Program-made: the position numbers and the translations under genes
Part shown: positions 1 through 9,367 of the stretch, piece after piece
How positions within the stretch are numbered: the first letter of the stretch is position 1
Layout of the letters: each line of letters opens with the position of its first letter
Notes under the pieces: generated by a model
What the model saw: only the letters and a program-made list of their open reading frames with translations
The model's database searches: none
Told to the model about the DNA's origin: nothing
NCBI GenBank assembly: GCA_963422735.1
Contig: OY730476.1
Location: 3,712,001 to 3,776,000, forward strand
DNA from: Candidatus Latescibacterota bacterium
GTDB lineage: Bacteria > Latescibacterota > UBA2968 > UBA8231
Direction: 5' to 3'
DNA length: 64,000 nt

Positions 1-164
1 ATTGGCACGAGGGCCTTGCAGGATCCACACCAATCGGCGTGGACTTTGACTACATACAAAGTTGGGTCGCCTTCGCCTTCTACCGGGACGGTACCGGCGA
101 GAGTGGGGGCCGGGGCTAGTAAAAAGGCCAAGGCGGTGAGTGTGAGGACGCATTTGGTCAGCAT
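1..164 (-). CDS. Secreted thioredoxin-like protein (runs off window)
   Basis: Hand translation: MLTKCVLTLTALAFLLAPAPTLAG...VVKVHADWCGSCKAL; signal peptide, WCxxC motif, GGAG RBS; not in ORF track. Confidence 0.8.
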   Translation of the reverse strand, partial: MLTKCVLTLTALAFLLAPAPTLAGTVPVEGEGDPTLYVVKVHADWCGSCKALVP

Positions 165-374
165 GATTTGCTCCGTGGATTGAGAAAAGTTGTGGTGTGG
201 TCGGGTCAAAGCCGGTTTATCGAAAGACGGCCTGACTCGCTAGATGGTTCCTCGATTTTGGGCTAGTTCAGCCTAGAAAACCTCTGACTTTTATTGCATT
301 CAACCTCTGTCACCGTTAGTGCCTTGCCCGCCAAGCACCAGATTACCGTTGAAAAAGCGACGGATCGGCAGGCA

Positions 375-399
375 GGGCAACTACGAGAGTCGCCCCTAC
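375..399 (-). repeat. GTAG-type REP-like palindrome overlapping a stop codon
   Basis: Minus strand GTAG-GGGCGACT-ctcgt-AGTTGCCC; related 25-nt copy at 39986-40010. Confidence 0.55.
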
Positions 400-1211
400 G
401 ATTTGGCTAGTGTGCGCAAGTAGTCGCGGAATTCGACGGTGTCGGTGAGGTTGTTGCCCCCGAATTCCAATTCAAGCCAGCCGTTGTACCTTGTTTGATC
501 CATGATGTTGAGAATGCGCGGCCAGTCGAGTTCGTCGTCCGCCAAAGAGGTCGCGCCGCTCTGGCTGTTGACGCCGCGCACGTGGAAATGAGTGGCGTGC
601 TGGAGCAGCGGCTCGACCTCGGCGGCCGCGAATCCACGGGGGACGAAGTGGCCGTAGTCGAGCGTCAGGGTTAGCCCTGGGACGGCTTGTACCAGTGCGG
701 CGGTGCGCTCGGGGGTGTTGGCGAGCGAGCCGATGTGCGGCTCTATGGCGAAGACGATGTCGCACGCCTGCGCCTGCTCCACCCGCCACGCCAGCTCCTC
801 GGCGGCGCGGGCCGTGGAATCGGGCATTGGCTCGTGATCGAAGAAAGCTCCAGGCAGGCCGGTGACGTGCTTGCCGTTGCATTCGGCCGCGTAGTCGAGG
901 ACCTTGAAGAAGGCATCGCGTGCGCGACGGCGTCGTTCGGGCTGTGGGTGGTTGACGGCGTGGGATTCGTAGTCGAGGGCTAGTTGCAGGAACAGGTCAG
1001 CGGCGACTAAGCCGTTGTCCGCTAGCTTCTGCCCTAGGGTGCGCCCGGAGTGCTGGACGTTTTCGAACTCAGTGGAAGGCTGCAAATGCGAGCGGTCCTC
1101 AAAAAGCCCAATATCCACGCCCTTCAGCCCCAGCATGGATATGAGTGCCAACACTTGCTCGTGCGGCAGGATGGGAAAGGTAAAGTCAGCGCACGCTAGT
1201 TTGAGCTGCAT
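396..1211 (-). CDS. Sugar-phosphate isomerase/epimerase (xylose isomerase-like TIM barrel)
   Basis: IEPH, LDYGHF, HFHVR, LELE metal-binding motifs; start MQLKL after GGAGG. Confidence 0.8.
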   Translation of the reverse strand: MQLKLACADFTFPILPHEQVLALISMLGLKGVDIGLFEDRSHLQPSTEFENVQHSGRTLGQKLADNGLVAADLFLQLALDYESHAVNHPQPERRRRARDAFFKVLDYAAECNGKHVTGLPGAFFDHEPMPDSTARAAEELAWRVEQAQACDIVFAIEPHIGSLANTPERTAALVQAVPGLTLTLDYGHFVPRGFAAAEVEPLLQHATHFHVRGVNSQSGATSLADDELDWPRILNIMDQTRYNGWLELEFGGNNLTDTVEFRDYLRTLAKS

Positions 1212-1228
1212 AGATCCTCCATTATTTG

Positions 1229-2755
1229 TCAAGGCGCGTACACACTACGCGACCGGTACTGAAAAAAGATCATCCGCCGATTCTGTTCCCCCGTCCACGG
1301 GTAGGCCCCGTGCGCCTGCGCCGACCCCAAGAACAGCAGCACGTCGCCCGCCTTCATAGCCACGTGCTTGACCAGCCCCATCTCGTTCTCGCAGGTGCGA
1401 ATGCCATCGGGCATGGGATAGGCGGTTTTGTGCGAGCCGGGTACGCAGACAAAGCCTCCGTCGGCCCGCGTCACATCGCGCAATTGCCAAGCCACGTTGA
1501 GATATTCGGCGTACACGCGGCCATTCTGCTGTCGGTAGTGGTTGGTCACCTTGGCCGGCGCAGCTAGGGAGTGCAAAAAGTGCCCGGACGACCCTTTCCC
1601 GGACAGAAAGCCATTGCACATCATGCACTCGAAGCCGCTACCCATGATCCAGTTCAGGCGCTGGACGAGCGCCGGATGGGCGATCATGCGCTGGAACGGC
1701 TCGCCGTATGGTGCCGGCAACGCCCAAGGGTTGCCCATGGACGAGCGCCCGACCCCGGTGCCGGCTAGCGGCTTTGAATCGCCGGCTGCCGACCCACCGT
1801 GGCTGATTCGGTCGGGGTTTTGGTCGATGGCTTCGTTGGCCGCTGCCAGCCATTCCTCGTCCATTACCCCCCGCAAAACGAGGTGGCCGCAGAGGTCCCA
1901 GTGGAAAAATTCCTTCTCGTCAATCCCGGAATCCGGGGCCCGGATGTATATCGAGGGATGGAAAATTCTTGGCTCCTCTGCCAGCCAAACCTTCTCACCG
2001 TCCGAATGCACTACCGGCGGTGGGTACGGGCGATTGGGATTGTGCAAGACGGCGCGTTGGATATCGGTAAGATCGTCGGCCCACTCGGGCAGTGCGCTGT
2101 CCTCGCCGCGGATTTCGGACGCCGCTCCCGGCCGCACGCCAGTGCTGATGTACCCGCATTCGAGCAGGCGTTGCGGCCCCGCGCCCCGCCAAGGCCGCAC
2201 ACCCCGCATCAGCGACTCGGCGCAGAGCAGGAGATCGCCCGCCTGCAAGACCGGCTGCTCGACTAGTCCCATAAGATCTGTTCCGTCAACTAGGTCTTGC
2301 GGGGCCGGTACTGTACTGTTGTGGCTGGCCGGTACTACAACCAAACCTCCAGCCTCTGCGCCCACGTCTGCCAGTGCCCAGAAAGCCCGCACTCCCTGGC
2401 AGAAGCGATTCCCATTGTACTGCCGATACGCCCGCGACCAATCCACCCACTCGTCGCCCCCCGACAGATCCGTCGCCTCGGTGCATGGCTCGACGAGCCG
2501 CGGCGATTCGTCGAGCCGGAACCCCTCGCCGCAAATCTGCTCCAGATACCGCATTAGCACTGGATGCTCGCGCAGGGCGTGCAGGGGATTGCAAACAGGA
2601 GCTGTCCAGCGCAGTGGACCGTTGCCAGAAGCTAACGGGTCCAGTGCCTGATTGCAGACTTTCAGTTCGGCTACCGTCAGGACACCGGGGACGATCATAT
2701 ACCCTGCCACGTCGAAGCGGTAGTTTTCCTCGTTGGTCATCTCCTTGTCGTCCAT
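1229..2755 (-). CDS. Tandem two-domain phytanoyl-CoA dioxygenase (PhyH)-like protein
   Basis: Two copies of FD/WDxxGY/H...GGxxxVP(A/G)SH...AGDxLL...PW; start MDDKEM with GAGGAG RBS. Confidence 0.8.
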   Translation of the reverse strand: MDDKEMTNEENYRFDVAGYMIVPGVLTVAELKVCNQALDPLASGNGPLRWTAPVCNPLHALREHPVLMRYLEQICGEGFRLDESPRLVEPCTEATDLSGGDEWVDWSRAYRQYNGNRFCQGVRAFWALADVGAEAGGLVVVPASHNSTVPAPQDLVDGTDLMGLVEQPVLQAGDLLLCAESLMRGVRPWRGAGPQRLLECGYISTGVRPGAASEIRGEDSALPEWADDLTDIQRAVLHNPNRPYPPPVVHSDGEKVWLAEEPRIFHPSIYIRAPDSGIDEKEFFHWDLCGHLVLRGVMDEEWLAAANEAIDQNPDRISHGGSAAGDSKPLAGTGVGRSSMGNPWALPAPYGEPFQRMIAHPALVQRLNWIMGSGFECMMCNGFLSGKGSSGHFLHSLAAPAKVTNHYRQQNGRVYAEYLNVAWQLRDVTRADGGFVCVPGSHKTAYPMPDGIRTCENEMGLVKHVAMKAGDVLLFLGSAQAHGAYPWTGEQNRRMIFFQYRSRSVYAP

Positions 2756-2899
2756 GAGGTTCTCCTCGCGGTTCGCATTGTTTCGCCTAGGGGCGAGTGA
2801 AGCGGGCGAGACTTCTTTGTGATCCCCTGCCAATTTGGTATCATTGTAGCCCTTCGACAAATGGTGCGCAACGGAAACCTTATGGCAGAGGAGGCCACT

Positions 2900-3904
2900 G
2901 TGAAGATCACCCAAGTAGAGCTATACGAAGTCGAAATCCCGCCGATCCCAGCGATCGCCCGCTACTATCCCAAGATATACGATATCACCCTCTGCCGCGT
3001 CCAGACGGACGAGGGCTTGGAGGGCTGGGGCGAGTTTATCGACAAAAAGTCTGTCGGTCAGGAGCAAGCCGACGCTCTTGTGGGCCAGGATCCGCTGGCC
3101 TCGGACCCGTACGACCGTCCAGATGCTTTCACCTGCGCGCTGCTCGACATTGCGGGCCAAGCCTACGGCATCCCCCTGCATCGCTTCTTCGGGGCGCAGG
3201 TGCGCGACAAGGTGCCGGTGTCGTACTGGTCGTGCCCCATGACGCCAGAAGAGACCGCAGCCGAAGCGGAAATAGGGGCCAAGCTGGGCTTTAGCAACCA
3301 CAAGCTCAAGGCGCGCTCGTGGAATATCGTCAAGACGGTGCGGCTGATGAAAGAAGCGGCGGGAGGCGATTACACGGTCGGCATCGATCCCAATACTGAA
3401 TTCGCCCTGCTGCCCACTGGCGCGCGCTTGGCGAGCGAATTGGAGCCTTTTGGCACGGTATCGGTCTTTGAAGACCCCATCCTCAAAAACAACCTCGAAT
3501 GGTACCGCATCCTGCGCGAGAAGACTCACATCCCCATCGCCCTGCACTTGGGTTCGCCGTCCGGCGTGCTAGCGGCGCTCAAGGCCGAGTGCATCGACTA
3601 CGTGAACTTGAGCGGCTCGGCGATGATGGTGCGGCAGGCGGCGGCGCTGGCGGATGCTGCGGATGTGCCCTGCTGGATCCAGATGGGCGGGTTGTGTACC
3701 GGGGTGATGGCGGCCTACTCGGTGCATCTACAGGCGACGCTGCCCAACGCCCTGCTGCCCTGCGACGAGTTGCCCTTTACGCGGGAAGCCGATGTGTTGG
3801 CCGAGGGGCTGGTGCTGGAGAAGGGGCACTTTGCCGTGCCTACAGGGCCGGGGTTGGGAGTTAAGGTCAATATGGACGTGGTCGAGCACTATCGCGTCGC
3901 CTGA
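2900..3904 (+). CDS. Enolase-superfamily (mandelate racemase/muconate lactonizing) enzyme
   Basis: ALLDIAGQAYGIPL, KLK, IDPN, FEDP, VPTGPGLGV; GTG start after GAGGAGG. Confidence 0.85.
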   Translation: MKITQVELYEVEIPPIPAIARYYPKIYDITLCRVQTDEGLEGWGEFIDKKSVGQEQADALVGQDPLASDPYDRPDAFTCALLDIAGQAYGIPLHRFFGAQVRDKVPVSYWSCPMTPEETAAEAEIGAKLGFSNHKLKARSWNIVKTVRLMKEAAGGDYTVGIDPNTEFALLPTGARLASELEPFGTVSVFEDPILKNNLEWYRILREKTHIPIALHLGSPSGVLAALKAECIDYVNLSGSAMMVRQAAALADAADVPCWIQMGGLCTGVMAAYSVHLQATLPNALLPCDELPFTREADVLAEGLVLEKGHFAVPTGPGLGVKVNMDVVEHYRVA

Positions 3905-3969
3905 AACTTAGCGTCAGATAAGGGCCATTACCCGAACCAATTGTTCGAGTACAAGCAGTTATGCGAAAG

Positions 3970-4391
3970 TGCAATAAGATCGAGTACCCCTTTGTGTGGG
4001 TGCCCAGTATGGCTATGGGCTGCAAGGGGCCTTGGCGTTGCGGGTGCGCCCAGTGGGGGATTCAGATTCTGCGGGGGTGGCCAGTAAAGAGCATGTGCAT
4101 CTTCTGGTATCGGCTCCGCCGACATTGAGTCCGTCCGAGATCGTGCGGCGGATCAAAGGGCGGACTTCGCACAAGGTCTTTGCGCGAAGTCCGCATGTGA
4201 AGAAACGGTATGGGTCTCGGCCTTTTGGGGAGCGGCTAGGCTATTTTTGTGTGACCGCCGGTGAACCGGCTGTATCTGAAGCATCATTTTGAGCCGCCAA
4301 CGGACGACGGGTTTGAAGTGGAATGCTAACCGGCTTCAGCCGGTGAAGGGACTTTCAGTCCTCTCTCCGATCCGCCGACTGAAGTCGGCGG
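3970..4391 (+). mobile_element. tnpA: Degenerate IS200-family element (Y1 TnpA remnant plus right-end hairpins)
   Basis: Frameshifted KIEY.FVWVP, EHVHLLVSAPPTLSPSEIVRRIKGRTS, GYFCVTAG; hairpins at 4329-4344, 4349-4361, 4372-4391. Confidence 0.85.
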
Positions 4392-4431
4392 TTGTTGGAT
4401 ATACAGGTGTCAATAAAACAGCTTCTGAGAT

Positions 4432-4476
4432 AAAAGTACGCCCATGCGAGAGGGATGACACCTCTCTCGCATGGGG
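4432..4476 (-). terminator. Intrinsic terminator after the 4492-5388 gene
   Basis: CCCATGCGAGAG...CTCTCGCATGGG stem followed on the minus strand by cgtacTTTT. Confidence 0.6.
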
Positions 4477-4491
4477 TAAAAAGCAGAGAGC

Positions 4492-5388
4492 CTACTCGCT
4501 AAAACTCGCCTTGATCCTCGCCCAAGACAGATCGGCCACCGCAGTGGCATCGCCGGCACCGACTAGCTGGCCATCGACAAAGCGCTCGGCAAAGCGAAAG
4601 GTCGCTGCTTGGCCGGAGAGGGTGTGGTAGCCCCGGTAATCTTGGGGAGCGGTGTCGAAGTCGGGCATGGCGATCTGGAAACCGATGATGTTGCCGGCCT
4701 CCAAATCCGTGGCCACGCTGGCCGCTTGGTCGCTGAAGACGATATCGTCATAGGGCGTGACGTATATCTCCAGCACCGAGACAGTCGGCCCGCCACCGAC
4801 CGACCCGCCGCCGCCATCGCTCAAGGGCGGGGAGTTGAGCCAACTGGCCCGGCCCGGATAGCCCAAAAACCGCCTGTCGGGCGCATCGAAAATTGCGTTC
4901 CACTTCTGGGCTTGGCGGTTTTGGTTGAGCGCCTTCTCCTCGGCGGTCATGGTCTCGTCGTTGTTGAAATTGTACTGGCCACCAGAGTGGTCGCCATCCA
5001 CCATGAACTCGACCGAGTCGTACTGCCACACCGTGGCGGGCGCACCACCGCTGTACTCGTTGATATAGACATCGTCGATGCGCTCGGCGGCTAAATAGAG
5101 CCGATTGTTGGTCTCGTTCCAGCCTATCCAGAGCCGGTACTCCATATCGGCCGGGTTGTACTGGGCGCCCTCGCCGACCGTCGGATCGGCAAAAAAGTCC
5201 GCAGGGCCAAGCGAGGCATCGCCGAGCACGTCCTCCCAGTCGGAGATATCCGCGTCGAAGAGGTCGAGATCCTCCAAATCGGCATCCGGGATCTCGAAGA
5301 TCAGATAGATCTTTTCGCCGATGTGGGCATGGGCACTTCCGGCCAGCACAAAGGCCAGCATGAGGCAAAACGTACTGATGAGTCGCAT
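4492..5388 (-). CDS. Secreted CBM9/DOMON-like acidic protein with C-terminal TAVADLSWARIK tail
   Basis: Signal peptide (AHA), W..DSVEFMVDGDHSGG, IIGFQI; paralog of 24580-25473. Confidence 0.65.
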   Translation of the reverse strand: MRLISTFCLMLAFVLAGSAHAHIGEKIYLIFEIPDADLEDLDLFDADISDWEDVLGDASLGPADFFADPTVGEGAQYNPADMEYRLWIGWNETNNRLYLAAERIDDVYINEYSGGAPATVWQYDSVEFMVDGDHSGGQYNFNNDETMTAEEKALNQNRQAQKWNAIFDAPDRRFLGYPGRASWLNSPPLSDGGGGSVGGGPTVSVLEIYVTPYDDIVFSDQAASVATDLEAGNIIGFQIAMPDFDTAPQDYRGYHTLSGQAATFRFAERFVDGQLVGAGDATAVADLSWARIKASFSE

Positions 5389-5464
5389 AAAAGCATCTCC
5401 TTTAGGTTTGCTTTTGAGTCCGCGTCGCCTGTGCATAGGCGATCTTGGTTAATGGTGCGCGATT

Positions 5465-6214
5465 TTACTTTCCGAGCACATCTCTACTCTCCACGCTCGG
5501 ACACCAGAACTTTTCGATAAACTCGACTACCAAGCCGGTGCCCTCATCGTGGCTGACGTAGGGCGGCATGGCTGGATTGTACATTGCATCAGTCAAGTCG
5601 CGGATCAGCGCCACATCCACTCCCCAGCGCACCATCTGCTTGATGGCAAAGGTCCGGTGCAAAACGCACATATTGGTATGGAGGCCCATAATCAGCAAAT
5701 GTGCAATCCCTTGGTGCTGCAAGTAGCTGTACACCTCCTTCCCCTTATCCGAAATAATATCCCGCTCTTGGTCGATCCCAAGCCCCGGATGTTGCCGATT
5801 CCACGCCTTGTAGGTTTCGGTCTCACCAGTGTCCGCCCCTTGATCTGATGCATCCACCGGCAGCGGCGGGTCCGGGTGCTCGGCGTCGGGTGGAGGCGCA
5901 ACCTCGGGGGCTGCGAGTACGCGTTGCCGCGCCGGTGCATCTGCGTAAAAATCCATGGTGTCCGAAGGCGCGTGGACGATCAGGCTACCGGCCGCGCGCA
6001 CCGCCCGGACCACTGCGTCCATGCGCTCGACCATAGCGTCGAGGCGCTCGGCCGCGCCGCGGCACCAGTGGCCGTCCCACACGTCGCAGAGCAAAAGCGC
6101 GGTTTGGTCCACCGCCCATTCTTGGGTGCTGGTTTGCACCTGCCAGATAGCGCGTCCGCCCTCGTCTTGTGCAAGGCTCTGGGTACGCAGATTGAGTCGC
6201 AAAAAGTTGCTCAT
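5465..6214 (-). CDS. Isochorismatase-like cysteine hydrolase
   Basis: LLLCDVWD, IVHAPS, MGLHTNMCV, RDLTD motifs. Confidence 0.8.
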   Translation of the reverse strand: MSNFLRLNLRTQSLAQDEGGRAIWQVQTSTQEWAVDQTALLLCDVWDGHWCRGAAERLDAMVERMDAVVRAVRAAGSLIVHAPSDTMDFYADAPARQRVLAAPEVAPPPDAEHPDPPLPVDASDQGADTGETETYKAWNRQHPGLGIDQERDIISDKGKEVYSYLQHQGIAHLLIMGLHTNMCVLHRTFAIKQMVRWGVDVALIRDLTDAMYNPAMPPYVSHDEGTGLVVEFIEKFWCPSVESRDVLGK

Positions 6215-6238
6215 ATTGCCCTCACGTAAAGATCGCAA

Positions 6239-6469
6239 TCAGCCGGTTTCACCCGACCAGTAATCCATCGCGTCGGCGCGGCGAAAAATGCCCCGTCGGC
6301 CCAAGGGACGGTTGTTGCTCTTGTTGGGAAATGCCTTCGCAACGTCCGAGTGGAGTAAGACCAGATTGGTTTCTGAGCGAAAGGCTGCCAAATACTTACC
6401 TCGGACTCCAGAATCGAGATATTCACGGCGGTACTCTGGACGTAATTTGTCTATATTAGCCCTCTTCAT
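6239..6469 (-). CDS. BrnA-like antitoxin partner, C-terminus probably degenerate
   Basis: LRPEY...GVRGKY...TNLVLL.DVAKAFP; overlaps the brnT stop. Confidence 0.65.
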   Translation of the reverse strand: MKRANIDKLRPEYRREYLDSGVRGKYLAAFRSETNLVLLHSDVAKAFPNKSNNRPLGRRGIFRRADAMDYWSGETG

Positions 6470-6676
6470 AGAGCTTCCTTTCTTGGCGCGTCATTAGACG
6501 CGCACTAATGATTCTCGTCTTTTCAGCCCGTTGGACTACCCAAGCCAAAAGTAAGATAACGTTCTTCACCCATGGAATGATCGGGATTGGAGAAGGTTAT
6601 TGCCAGCGGATTCCCAAAGACGGTAGCCCCTTCGCTCGTTTGCTTTGGCTTTTTCGGGATCCCATTCAAATTCCAT
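6456..6676 (-). pseudogene. brnT: BrnT toxin pseudogene
   Basis: Three out-of-frame pieces: MEFEWDPEKAKANER / ATVFGNPLAITFSNPDHSMGEERYLTFG / RIISARLMTRQERKLYEEG*. Confidence 0.8.
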
Positions 6677-6768
6677 CTCTCAACGGTGTCCTCATCTGTA
6701 ATAACAGCCCCAGTGGTTTATTAGTCCAACGCTCAAGACAGCAGCGCAACCCGTGAGAGACGCATGAT

Positions 6769-7554
6769 TTACAAACAGGCCCGCACAATGTCGCGTGCCT
6801 CCAACATGCCAGCGCGGCTTTTGTAGTATTCAAAGACGAAATAGGGCACCTGTGCCCACTCCTGCAACGCGCCGATATAGGTCGGATAATCCAAGCACCC
6901 CGACCCCGTCGGTCCGTAGTCGGCGACCTCGCCATTCTCGGCAAAGCGTGCGTCCTTGCCGTGGGCGATTGCGATGTCGGGGCCGAGCATTCGCACCGCG
7001 CGCACCAGCGGAGTGCGGTCGGGCGCGAAGTTCGCCGCGTCCATGCAGACTTTGAGCGCCGCGGATCCCACCCGGTCCTGCACCCGCAAAAAGCGCTCCG
7101 CTCCGTCAATGCTCCCCGCTCGCGTCATTTCCACCGCGATGACAACGCCAAACCGCTCCGCCGCCGAGCAGCCCTTCGCCAGCCCTTCGCACAGCCCCTC
7201 AAACACCGCCCGGTCGTCAACGCCCTCTTCTGGATACCCCGATGGATGCCACACCAGCACCGGCCGTGCGTTGTCGCCGAAACGCCCGTCGAGCGCTGCG
7301 GTCTTCTCCACGCAGCGCACTAGCCTTGCGACATCGTCCCGGACCACCCCCTTTGGCCCGACCAGATCGACGTGCAAGGTCATCGCTGCTAGTGCGATAT
7401 CAGCCGCTTGTAGCACTTTATCGACCTCTTGCGCCGACGGATCTTGCACATCCCCGTCCGTTCCCCAGCCGAAAAATAGCTGCACCGCCTCAAACCCCTC
7501 GGGCCGCATTGCTGCTGGCGGCAACAGATCTCCTAGCATCAACGCAAGTTTCAC
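6769..7554 (-). CDS. Sugar-phosphate isomerase/epimerase TIM barrel
   Basis: IAVE, MDAANF, AHGKD, G.G.LDY, VFEY. Confidence 0.8.
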   Translation of the reverse strand: MKLALMLGDLLPPAAMRPEGFEAVQLFFGWGTDGDVQDPSAQEVDKVLQAADIALAAMTLHVDLVGPKGVVRDDVARLVRCVEKTAALDGRFGDNARPVLVWHPSGYPEEGVDDRAVFEGLCEGLAKGCSAAERFGVVIAVEMTRAGSIDGAERFLRVQDRVGSAALKVCMDAANFAPDRTPLVRAVRMLGPDIAIAHGKDARFAENGEVADYGPTGSGCLDYPTYIGALQEWAQVPYFVFEYYKSRAGMLEARDIVRACL

Positions 7555-7615
7555 GGTTCCCTCCTTATCATTGGCCGCCGACCGAAATTCGCTCCAGCGG
7601 CGGGTAATTTTCGCC

Positions 7616-8767
7616 TTAAAACGTCCCCTGCACGTCCATCACCTGTCCGCCTCCCTCTTGCACCTTGGAGGTAGCCACCCGTTTTTGTAGCTCTTCGTAG
7701 TACAAGTCCTCGTCCACCGGAATAGGTACCCAATCGTCCGTCCACGTTGAGAGCAGCATGGCATTAGCCAACTCCACACCGTTGATTCCCTCGGTCCCCG
7801 CCGCCAAGAGCGGCGACCCCATGCGGATAGCCTGCACCCAGTTTTGGGTAATTCCCTTGTGCTCCTCACCGCCACCACCCGGTATATCGCACTTCCAGAC
7901 CTCCGGGCTGCCAAACCCATGCGGCCACTCCACGAGGAATTGGCTCGCCGACTCCGTCGTGCGCCAAAAGGTGATTTTGCCGTCCTCCAACACCACCTTG
8001 CCGCGATCCGTTGAAATCTCCAGCCGATTGGTCCCCGGGGCTTCGCCCGTAGAGGTGATAAAAATGCCCGTAGCTCCGTTTTCGTATTCGACGTAGGCCG
8101 TTACGTCGTCTTCGACCTCAATGTCGTGGTATTGTCCAAAGCGACAAAAGGCTCGTACCCGCTGCGGCATCCCGCAGATCCACTGCCACAGGTCGAGGTT
8201 GTGCGGGCACTGGTTGGCCAACACGCCGCCGCCCTCGCCCGCCCAAGTTGCCCGCCAGCCGCCCGAATCGTAATAGCTCTGGGCGCGAAACCAGTTGTTG
8301 ATGATGTAAATCGTGCGCCGAATCGGCCCCAGTTCGCCGGATTCGACCAGCGACTTCAGCTTCTGGTGCTCGCCGCGCGCGCGCTGGTTGAACATCATGC
8401 CAAAAACCCGGTCGCTTTTGACTGCGGCCTCGTTCATCTCGCGGACTTGGCGCGTATAGACTCCGGCCGGCTTCTCGCTCATCGCGTGTAGGCCGTTTTC
8501 CAGCGCGGCAATTACCAGCGGGGGGTGGAAGTAGTGAGGGGTGGCTACGATCACAGCATCCACGCATTGGGCTGCAAACAGGGCGTCGGCTCCGGCGAAC
8601 GCTTGTACGCCCGCTCCGTATTTGTCTTGTACGCCCGCGAGCCGGGCCGGATCGATGTCGGCTACGGCCGCGAGTTCCGCACCGGCAATTTGGCCTTGGG
8701 AAATATAGGTGGCGTGGCTGCTACCCATGCCGCCGAGGCCAATGATACCAATTCGCACCTTGTCCAT
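7616..8767 (-). CDS. Gfo/Idh/MocA oxidoreductase
   Basis: GIIGLGGMG, ATPHYFH, EKP, GGGVLANQCPHNLD; start MDKV after AAGGAG. Confidence 0.9.
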   Translation of the reverse strand: MDKVRIGIIGLGGMGSSHATYISQGQIAGAELAAVADIDPARLAGVQDKYGAGVQAFAGADALFAAQCVDAVIVATPHYFHPPLVIAALENGLHAMSEKPAGVYTRQVREMNEAAVKSDRVFGMMFNQRARGEHQKLKSLVESGELGPIRRTIYIINNWFRAQSYYDSGGWRATWAGEGGGVLANQCPHNLDLWQWICGMPQRVRAFCRFGQYHDIEVEDDVTAYVEYENGATGIFITSTGEAPGTNRLEISTDRGKVVLEDGKITFWRTTESASQFLVEWPHGFGSPEVWKCDIPGGGGEEHKGITQNWVQAIRMGSPLLAAGTEGINGVELANAMLLSTWTDDWVPIPVDEDLYYEELQKRVATSKVQEGGGQVMDVQGTF

Positions 8768-8895
8768 ATCGCGCTCCTTGTCGTTATCTAACGATGATAC
8801 AGGTTCAGATCTGAGAGACTCAAAAAAAGGAAGTGGGTCGCCGGATGCACCAGCGAGGATATGGCCCGCAATATATCCCAGAACCCGCCGAGCGG

Positions 8896-9367
8896 TCAAT
8901 CTCGCCGGGGTAGCCGGAAGGGATCGGTGACGCCGACGGTCCGGCCGCCTGAGATGGTGAAGCCCAAACCGCGTACGATCTGCATCGTCGCCAGCGTCGC
9001 GATCAGCGCATTGATGCGAAATCGCGAGATCGCGACGCCGTTGCAGAGCCCGACCACGCCACCGATTGATACGCCTGCCAACATGCCCAACAGGACGCTG
9101 CCCACGGCGTTAGTCACGACTGCCGCCACGACTTCCGAGCAGGCCACAACCGAGCCGACTGACAAATCGAAATTTCCCGATGCCAAGCAGAACAGCATCG
9201 TGCATCCAACCATGCCGATCTGCGACACCGCCAACGCCAAGCCCTTCACGTTCACCCACTACAAACAGTGCGGCGAAGACCATCAGCATACCGGTTTTTC
9301 CCCAGAGAAGCACCACCGTGCCGTGGGAGGCTGTTAGCGAGGTTCTTTCCTCCGTTAGCCGGTTCAA
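8896..9367 (-). pseudogene. araH: L-arabinose ABC permease, fragmented and 3'-truncated
   Basis: MLFCLASGNFDLSVGSVVAC, INALIATLATMQIVRGLG; split across frames. Confidence 0.75.
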
